This document shows, piece by piece, positions 7,495-13,605 of a stretch of 48,093 nucleotides of DNA. Numbering within the stretch: the stretch's first letter is position 1; each line of letters opens with the position of its first letter. The position numbers and the translations under genes are program-made. Source of the stretch: Acutalibacteraceae bacterium (GTDB taxonomy: Bacteria > Bacillota > Clostridia > Oscillospirales > Acutalibacteraceae); contig JAZNRN010000062.1 of NCBI GenBank assembly GCA_045590775.1, positions 1-48,093 of the forward strand, given 5' to 3'. Below the pieces are notes generated by a model. The model made no database searches. It was not told the DNA's origin and was given only the letters and a program-made list of their open reading frames with translations.

Positions 7495-8475
7495 TTATTT
7501 CTGCTTTACATTTGAAAGCGGGTTTTTGTCAACAGCTTGTTTGATTTGTTTGTCGGAAACGTGGGTATAAATTTGGGTTGTGCCTAAATTTGCGTGACCT
7601 AAAATATCCTTTAGTACACGAATATCCACATCTCCATGCTGATACATAAGTGTAGCGGCAGTATGGCGAAGCTTGTGTGTAGAATAGCCCATATCGCCAA
7701 GCCCTGATTTTTGGAGATAGGTTTTTACAATATGCTGAACAGTTTTAGGGCTGATTCGTCTATGATTACGACTTATAAATAGTGCGTTTTTGTCGGTGAT
7801 GGGGATATTGTCGTGTGGTCGCACCTGCAAATAAGCTTTGATGGCATCAAGACAAGCAGAATTTAGGTAAACAATTCTTTCTTTGTTTCCTTTACCGATA
7901 ACTGTCAGTGTTCCGTCTTGTGAAATGCTTCCGAGATTCAGAGCACAAAGCTCAGCAAGGCGAAGTCCGCAGTTCAAAAACAGGGTTAAAATACAGTAAT
8001 CACGCTGTTTGTTGTTACCGTCAACCGAGTTCAAAAGTTCAATAGAATCCTCAAGGGTCAAATGCTTTGGAAGGGATTGTTTAACCTTTGGAGATTCGAG
8101 CATTAAAGCTGGGTTTTCCTCTATTAAATGTGTTTGAGAGGATAGGTATTTAAAGAAAATACGAAGTGTAGAGGTTTTTCTCGCTCTTGTGGCGGCATTG
8201 TTATGTCGCTCGTTTTTGCAAAAAACCAAAAATGCATACAAATCGGAAATGGTTATGGTTTTAATTAACTCTAAATCGACATCTTTTATATCGATTTGTT
8301 CAAATGCTGTTGTTTCATCGGTTTTTCCTCTGACCATTAAAATATAGCGAAAAAATGACTGCAAATCGAGGTAATAACCCTCTACAGAAAGTGAGGATTT
8401 ACCTTTTATTGTTTCGTTATAGGTCAAAAAATCACGAATTACAGACGGACAGCTTTGCAAAATTTCGAGTTTCAA
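7495..8475 (-). CDS. site-specific tyrosine recombinase (XerC/XerD/phage-integrase family)
   Basis: The catalytic set is visible: R in GLRLAEL, HKLRHTAAT, LGHANLGTTQIYTHV (His/Tyr). An N-terminal SAM-like domain is present. A TTG at 8475 lies 8 nt after GGAGG. Confidence 0.9.
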   Translation of the reverse strand: MKLEILQSCPSVIRDFLTYNETIKGKSSLSVEGYYLDLQSFFRYILMVRGKTDETTAFEQIDIKDVDLELIKTITISDLYAFLVFCKNERHNNAATRARKTSTLRIFFKYLSSQTHLIEENPALMLESPKVKQSLPKHLTLEDSIELLNSVDGNNKQRDYCILTLFLNCGLRLAELCALNLGSISQDGTLTVIGKGNKERIVYLNSACLDAIKAYLQVRPHDNIPITDKNALFISRNHRRISPKTVQHIVKTYLQKSGLGDMGYSTHKLRHTAATLMYQHGDVDIRVLKDILGHANLGTTQIYTHVSDKQIKQAVDKNPLSNVKQK

Positions 8476-8512
8476 GAAAAACACCTCCAAACGCTAAAGA
8501 ATTTACATATAC

Positions 8513-8541
8513 ATAATAACATCTTATATCAATAATATCAA
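8513..8541 (-). promoter_or_regulatory. sigma-A promoter for the recombinase gene
   Basis: On the minus strand it reads TTGATA-N17-TATTAT. Confidence 0.4.
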
Positions 8542-8558
8542 TCTTTAAAAAATTTTTC

Positions 8559-8587
8559 TTGATGAAACTGCTTTTATAAGGTATTAT
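8559..8587 (+). promoter_or_regulatory. sigma-A promoter for the TVP38 gene
   Basis: TTGATG-N17-TATTAT. Confidence 0.4.
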
Positions 8588-8623
8588 GGTGATTGTAGAA
8601 TGTCGAAAAAGGGAGGAAGTATA

Positions 8624-9328
8624 ATGCCGCAAAAGCGTGAGAGGTTATCTCTCAAGGATAAAAAGACATTTAAAATTTTGGCAATTATAATTTTCCTTTT
8701 GTTTATGGGATTCTTTACCTGGTTTGTTGGAAAACCGATTGTCGAGTTTGCAAGCAACCCCGAAAGGTTTAAAATATGGGTTGATACTTACGGGATTTTA
8801 GGAAGAATAGCCTTTGTTTTAATGGTTTTTGTTCAGGTTGTTGTGGCGCTTATCCCGGGCGAGCCACTTGAAATGGTGGCGGGATATGCCTTCGGTGCAG
8901 TTGAAGGTACGATTCTTTGTGTAATAGGAATAACACTTGGCAGTCTTGCGGTGCTTTTGCTTGTGAAGTGCTTTGGGACAAGATTTGTCGAAATCTTTTT
9001 TGACACAGGCAAAATACAAAATTTAAAGTTTCTTAAAAACGAAAAGCGTAGAAACAGGCTGATTTTCCTTCTTTTCTTTTTGCCGGGAACCCCGAAGGAT
9101 TTACTGACCTATTTTGTGGGACTTGTGGATATTAAAATATCACACTTTTTACTGATTGTTTCACTTGCACGCCTGCCGTCCATAATAACCTCGACTTTAG
9201 GAGGAGACGCATTAGGCCTTAAAAAGTACAAGCTGGCAATAATTATAATGGCGATAACGTTGGCGCTCAGCGGGACAGGTTATTTAATTTATAACCTTAT
9301 CCAAAGGGCAAAGGCGAAAAACAAATAA
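8624..9328 (+). CDS. TVP38/TMEM64 (DedA-related) family membrane protein
   Basis: VVALIPGEPLEMVAGYAFG and FLPGTPKDLLTYFVG are family motifs. The ATG at 8624 follows GGGAGGA. Confidence 0.8.
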   Translation: MPQKRERLSLKDKKTFKILAIIIFLLFMGFFTWFVGKPIVEFASNPERFKIWVDTYGILGRIAFVLMVFVQVVVALIPGEPLEMVAGYAFGAVEGTILCVIGITLGSLAVLLLVKCFGTRFVEIFFDTGKIQNLKFLKNEKRRNRLIFLLFFLPGTPKDLLTYFVGLVDIKISHFLLIVSLARLPSIITSTLGGDALGLKKYKLAIIIMAITLALSGTGYLIYNLIQRAKAKNK

Positions 9329-9379
9329 AAACTTCCTTTAATTTATGAAAATTTGGGAAGTTTTTGATTTTTGTCCATA

Positions 9380-9408
9380 TTGACAAAATGTAATATATGG
9401 TTTAAAAT
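9380..9408 (+). promoter_or_regulatory. sigma-A promoter for rpe
   Basis: TTGACA-N17-TAAAAT. It lies downstream of the ORF-track start at 9371, which supports the 9437 start. Confidence 0.55.
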
Positions 9409-9436
9409 TAAATCGGAAAATGAAAGGGGTAGGAGA

Positions 9437-10081
9437 ATGTCAATTAAAGTTTCACCCTCTGTTTTGACGGCAGACTTTTTGTCGATGAAGGATGATATAA
9501 AAAGGCTTGAGGAAGCAGGCATCGATATGCTTCATCTTGACGTAATGGACGGTATTTTCGTTCCAAATATTTCCTTTGGTGTGCCGCTTATAAAGTCAAT
9601 AAAGAAGTATTCCACAGTTCCTATGGATGTTCACCTTATGATTGACAGACCACATCGCTATATAGAGCAGTTTGCCGAGGTTTCCGACGTTTTGGGCTTT
9701 CATTATGAAGCCGGCAGTCCTGTTGCCGAAACACTAAAAAAGATAAGAGAGCTCGGCTGTAAATCCTGTCTGACAATTAAGCCGATGACTTCTGCCGAGG
9801 AGATTTTTGAGCTTTTGCCTCTATGTGATATGGTTCTTGTAATGTCGGTTGAGCCCGGTTTTGGCGGACAAAGCTTTATGGAATGCGCTTTGCCAAAGCT
9901 TGAAGCTTTAAGGGCGGAAATAAAACGTCGTGGACTTGATATTGATTTAGAGGTTGACGGCGGAATAAACGCTGAAACTGCACCACTTGCAGTAAAGGCG
10001 GGTGCTAATGTTTTGGTGGCGGGAAGCTACCTTTTCTCACCTGAAATGGAAAAACGCACAAAATATCTTAAAAATCTTTAA
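9437..10081 (+). CDS. rpe: ribulose-phosphate 3-epimerase
   Basis: SPSVLTADF, HLDVMDG, MSVEPGFGGQSF, VDGGIN. The RBS is AGGAG. Confidence 0.95.
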   Translation: MSIKVSPSVLTADFLSMKDDIKRLEEAGIDMLHLDVMDGIFVPNISFGVPLIKSIKKYSTVPMDVHLMIDRPHRYIEQFAEVSDVLGFHYEAGSPVAETLKKIRELGCKSCLTIKPMTSAEEIFELLPLCDMVLVMSVEPGFGGQSFMECALPKLEALRAEIKRRGLDIDLEVDGGINAETAPLAVKAGANVLVAGSYLFSPEMEKRTKYLKNL

Positions 10082-10568
10082 TAAAAGCCTTTCCAAAACG
10101 GTAAATTGCGTCGTTTAAAACAAGCGGTTTGCCGTATTCTTTTGCTTTTGCAACTAAAATCTTATTCTTGGTTTTGTATTTTTCGAGGGGTAAAAACTCT
10201 CGGTTTAGGGCGAGAAAATATTCATTTTTATAAAGGTATAAATCACTTTTTTCAAATTTGAAAAACGGATAAAGATAGCCTATATTCCTAATCAAGCGGT
10301 CACAATTTTCAAATAAATATACCGTTTCTTCGGTTTCCTTTATAATGTCAATGTTTATAAGGCAGCCGGATTTGAGAATAACTATTTTACCTCTTATAAT
10401 CATATTGTTAAATGGCGGTTTGATTATATTTAAAACGAGGGATTTGATTTTTTTTCGGGTTCCGTTTTTCATAAAAATTAAGTTTTCATAACCCCCGAAA
10501 CCGTATTTGATTTCGGTTTTAGTTAAAAAAATTTTAAAATTATCAGGCGAAAGTCTGTAAATGGTCAT
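10068..10568 (-). CDS. MecA-like adaptor protein (tentative)
   Basis: MTIYRLSPDNFKIFLTKTEI resembles a MecA N-terminus. The C-terminal pattern LYLYKNEYFLAL...AKEYGKPL...AIYRFGKAFI resembles the MecA C-domain. This is pattern-level recognition only. Confidence 0.4.
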   Translation of the reverse strand: MTIYRLSPDNFKIFLTKTEIKYGFGGYENLIFMKNGTRKKIKSLVLNIIKPPFNNMIIRGKIVILKSGCLINIDIIKETEETVYLFENCDRLIRNIGYLYPFFKFEKSDLYLYKNEYFLALNREFLPLEKYKTKNKILVAKAKEYGKPLVLNDAIYRFGKAFIKDF

Positions 10569-10631
10569 AAATGCCCTCTGTCTAAAGATTTGGATAACAG
10601 TCAATACTTTGGCTATACGAGGTGTTTTGAC

Positions 10632-10745
10632 TTGAGTAAAAAAAGAGATTCTAAAGAATTGTTTTTAAAAGCTATGTTTTATACGGCGGCGGTGATAACA
10701 TTACTCATAGTGGGTTATTTTTCCGCCAGGTATTTATTTTCTTAA
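10632..10745 (+). CDS. candidate 37-aa single-TM small protein (below the ORF-track cutoff)
   Basis: A TTG lies 7 nt after GAGGTG. The translation is MSKKRDSKELFLKAMFYTAAVITLLIVGYFSARYLFS, and the ORF ends 27 nt before the next gene. Confidence 0.3.
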   Translation: MSKKRDSKELFLKAMFYTAAVITLLIVGYFSARYLFS

Positions 10746-10772
10746 ATTTTAAACCTTTCAAGGAGAATTATT

Positions 10773-12251
10773 ATGGATTATACTTCACTAAAAAGCGGTA
10801 CTGATATACGAGGTGTGGCAACTAATTTAGGAGGTAAAGAGGTAAACCTTACTAACGAAGCGGTTTATGATATTACTGCGGCTTTCGTTTCTTGGTATGT
10901 AAATAAATATGAGAAAAATCCATCAAAGCTTATTATTGCTGTCGGTCACGATTCACGTATTACGGGCGAGGAAATTGCAGGTCACGTTAAGCAAGCAATT
11001 ATAAATGCAGGAGCTTGTGTTATTGATTGTGGATTGGCTTCTACTCCTGCTATGTTTATGACTACTGTTGATATTCATACTGATGCCGCAATACAAATTA
11101 CTGCAAGTCATCATCCGTTTGACAGAAACGGTCTTAAATTTTTTACTCCCGAGGGCGGCATAGATAACTGTGATTTGACCGAAATTGTAGAAATGGCAAA
11201 TAATGGTGAAGAAATCATTTCAAATTGTCCGGGTGTTTGCGCCGAAATGAATTTTATGGCAATTTATGCCGCAAGACTTAGACGAATTATCTGCGAAGAA
11301 CTTGGAAAATCGGTAGAGGATAAACCGCTCAAGGGTTATAAAATTGTAGTTGATGCCGGCAACGGAGCAGGCGGTTTTTATGCAAGACGTGTTTTAGAAC
11401 CTCTTGGTGCCGATGTTACGGGAAGTCAGTTTTTAGAGCCTGACGGTATGTTCCCGAATCATATTCCTAACCCCGAAAATAAACAAGCAATGGACAGCAT
11501 TTGCAGGGCTGTAAAAGAAAATAATGCCGATTTGGGTCTTATTTTTGACACCGATGTTGACAGGGCAGGATGTGTTGGCTCTGACGGCGAAGAAATTAAC
11601 CGTAATCGACTTATAGCACTTGCTTCCTACATTGCAACAAAGGGCAGAAGCGGTGCGGTTATCGTTACTGATTCGGTTACAAGTGACGGACTTAAAAAGT
11701 TTATTGAAAACGATCTTCAAGGCACACATTACCGTTATCGAAGAGGATATAAAAATGTCATCAATAAAGCGATTGAACTGACACAAAACGGTATGGATTG
11801 CCCCTTGGCGATAGAAACCTCCGGTCACGCTGCATTAAAAGAAAATTTCTTCCTTGATGACGGGGCATATCTTGTTACAAAGATTGTAATTGAATTAGCA
11901 CGAGGTACAGACATTAACGCTTTACTGTCAACAATGGAAATGCCTAAAGAGGAAAGGGAAATACGCTTTAATATTAAGAACCCGGATTTCAAAGCTTATG
12001 GTCTTAATGTTATTGATGAGCTTGAAAAATATGCAAAAACTGTTCCTAACTACAAAATTGCCGACGATAACCGTGAGGGTATCAGAGTTTCCACCGAAAA
12101 CGGATGGTTTTTACTGCGTCTTAGCGTTCATGACCCCGTAATGCCTATGAATTTTGAGAGCAATGTTGAGGGCGGAATAGATAAGGATATTGCCCATTTA
12201 AAGGGATTTTTTGAAAGGTTTAGTGAGCTTGACATTTCAGCAATGAACTAA
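10773..12251 (+). CDS. phosphoglucomutase/phosphomannomutase (alpha-D-phosphohexomutase family)
   Basis: Phosphoserine loop TASHHPFDRNG, metal loop FDTDVDRAG, sugar loop ETSGH. The RBS is AAGGAG. Confidence 0.9.
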   Translation: MDYTSLKSGTDIRGVATNLGGKEVNLTNEAVYDITAAFVSWYVNKYEKNPSKLIIAVGHDSRITGEEIAGHVKQAIINAGACVIDCGLASTPAMFMTTVDIHTDAAIQITASHHPFDRNGLKFFTPEGGIDNCDLTEIVEMANNGEEIISNCPGVCAEMNFMAIYAARLRRIICEELGKSVEDKPLKGYKIVVDAGNGAGGFYARRVLEPLGADVTGSQFLEPDGMFPNHIPNPENKQAMDSICRAVKENNADLGLIFDTDVDRAGCVGSDGEEINRNRLIALASYIATKGRSGAVIVTDSVTSDGLKKFIENDLQGTHYRYRRGYKNVINKAIELTQNGMDCPLAIETSGHAALKENFFLDDGAYLVTKIVIELARGTDINALLSTMEMPKEEREIRFNIKNPDFKAYGLNVIDELEKYAKTVPNYKIADDNREGIRVSTENGWFLLRLSVHDPVMPMNFESNVEGGIDKDIAHLKGFFERFSELDISAMN

Positions 12252-12266
12252 AAATATAAAATTTTG

Positions 12267-12318
12267 GGTGGAGATTTTGTCCACGCCGTATCTGGCGTGG
12301 CCAAAATGTCCATCTTTT
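12267..12318. terminator. bidirectional terminator between convergent genes
   Basis: A long imperfect hairpin centred on ccacgcc-gtatct-ggcgtgg, flanked by an A-run and a T-run. Confidence 0.65.
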
Positions 12319-12319
12319 C

Positions 12320-13138
12320 TTATTTACAGGAAGAACAGCAATTATTATCTATATTTGCAGGTCTTGGAGGAAAAAAGTCATCAAAGGGGAAATTGATTTT
12401 CTTGAAGGCGTCACAGGGTTCGGTTTCGTTTATTGTTTCAGAGCAGGTTTTTTCGGGAATACAGTAGTCATAAACCGGCACTAACATTTGAACGTTTCTG
12501 ATAAGCTGAACAATGGAGAAAAGTCCGAGCGAAACAAAGACTGTAGGTGTGCCTTCAGGCAAATCTGTACAAATATTTCCGCCTAAAATATCGCAAATAC
12601 ATTGCGGCAAGCAACAGATATTTTCATAACAATCTCTGACACAAGAAAGCTTTGCACCTAAAGGTACGGGGTCAACAGCGCCTACTACACATTTGGGAGA
12701 ATTTGTAGTACCGTTTGTAATACTTCGTGCGGTGCAATCGCAGTTTACGGTGTTAGAGAATAATTTTACGCTACCGTCACCACCGTATAAAATCACCTTT
12801 TTTGAGTAGCTTGTGACACCGTTTACTGAAACAGGGCAGGGATTTTGTGCTGTAAAAACATCAAAAGTCAACAGGAAATAAAAGGTGATGTCGCAGGAAT
12901 AAAAGCCTTTGTTAAAGTTTACGGGAGTTACTTCTACATTTGCATTAAGTACTTCTGCACAACGCAATCTTACGTTTGTGGCGCCGGCTATGATTTCTTG
13001 TGCGTCCGGCATAAAGAAAACTCGAAGATTTTCGAGGCAATCTTTTTGACAGCAGGAATCAAAAACTCTTCCTGCGTCGATACAAACCGCTTCTTTAAAG
13101 TCATTAGCGGTAGTATTACAATTTTTTTGTTCTGACAT
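12320..13138 (-). CDS. cysteine-rich hypothetical protein (24 Cys in 272 aa by my count)
   Basis: GGAGG lies 7 nt before the ATG. CC, CxC and CxxC clusters are present (DSCCQKDC, NCDC, ENICCLPQCIC, NNCCSSCK). There is no TM segment and no signal-peptide-like N-terminus. Confidence 0.7.
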   Translation of the reverse strand: MSEQKNCNTTANDFKEAVCIDAGRVFDSCCQKDCLENLRVFFMPDAQEIIAGATNVRLRCAEVLNANVEVTPVNFNKGFYSCDITFYFLLTFDVFTAQNPCPVSVNGVTSYSKKVILYGGDGSVKLFSNTVNCDCTARSITNGTTNSPKCVVGAVDPVPLGAKLSCVRDCYENICCLPQCICDILGGNICTDLPEGTPTVFVSLGLFSIVQLIRNVQMLVPVYDYCIPEKTCSETINETEPCDAFKKINFPFDDFFPPRPANIDNNCCSSCK

Positions 13139-13270
13139 AAAGTGGCCTCCTAAGTGAAATTGAAGTTTTGGAAATTTAACTTACTTCAATATCATTTTAT
13201 GAACACTTTTTAAAATAGTGAAAAAATTTAAAAGAAAGCCTTAAAAAACCTTAATTTTTTAAAAAAATGG

Positions 13271-13299
13271 GTGACATTACAATATTATTGTGATATAAT
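13271..13299 (+). promoter_or_regulatory. sigma-A promoter upstream of the polA leader
   Basis: GTGACA-N17-TATAAT with an extended -10 TG (TGATATAAT). Confidence 0.55.
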
Positions 13300-13315
13300 A
13301 TTATAGATTATTATA

Positions 13316-13587
13316 TAGCCAAAGCGTTCAAACTAAGACCCTGCCTTAAAGGGCGGTTTTTAGGTAGCTTTCGGCTCATTGTCACGTGTAGGAGTTAGCC
13401 TTATAGGCTTTACCAAAATCTCCTCAAAAAACTGCACCGTTCGGGTCGCAGAATTTTGTAAATAAAGGATTTTTTGATGTGCGAGGCAACAACGCAGTAA
13501 ATCCTGACGGATTTACGAGTATTAAAACATAAGCTAAGCGAAAAATACTTGTTTCAAAATCTGATTCGAGTTTAAATGCTTTGGCTA
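13316..13587 (+). ncRNA. candidate structured RNA or cis-regulatory 5' leader of polA (class unknown)
   Basis: A terminal helix pairs 13316-13334 with 13569-13587 (17 WC, 1 GU, 1 mismatch) and encloses at least 5 local hairpins. The element ends 4 nt before the polA SD. Confidence 0.4.
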
Positions 13588-13605
13588 AAATGGGAGGAAA
13601 AGGGC

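Noticed and set aside
10606-10620. A 9-nt match (ctttggcta) shared by the region before the 10632 small ORF and the 3' arm of the polA leader helix, in each case just upstream of an SD.
   Set aside because: A single 9-mer coincidence across about 96 kb of two-strand sequence is within chance expectation, and there is no extended similarity.
12264-12467. 67-aa plus-strand ORF after the phosphohexomutase gene.
   Set aside because: It starts inside the bidirectional terminator hairpin and continues antisense to the Cys-rich gene. It has no RBS.
13285-13315. A/T palindromic stretch (ataatattat) considered as a possible dif-like Xer site.
   Set aside because: It overlaps a canonical -10 element and does not resemble the Firmicutes dif consensus beyond its A/T richness.
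13316-13587. Whether the polA-upstream element is a known housekeeping RNA (6S, SRP/scRNA, RNase P, tmRNA).
   Set aside because: It has no GAGGAAAGUCC-type RNase P core, no SRP domain IV GGAAG/AGCA motif, and no tRNA-like GGGG...CCACCA ends. It is also branched rather than the rod with a central bubble expected for 6S RNA. It is therefore kept as an unknown element in the findings.
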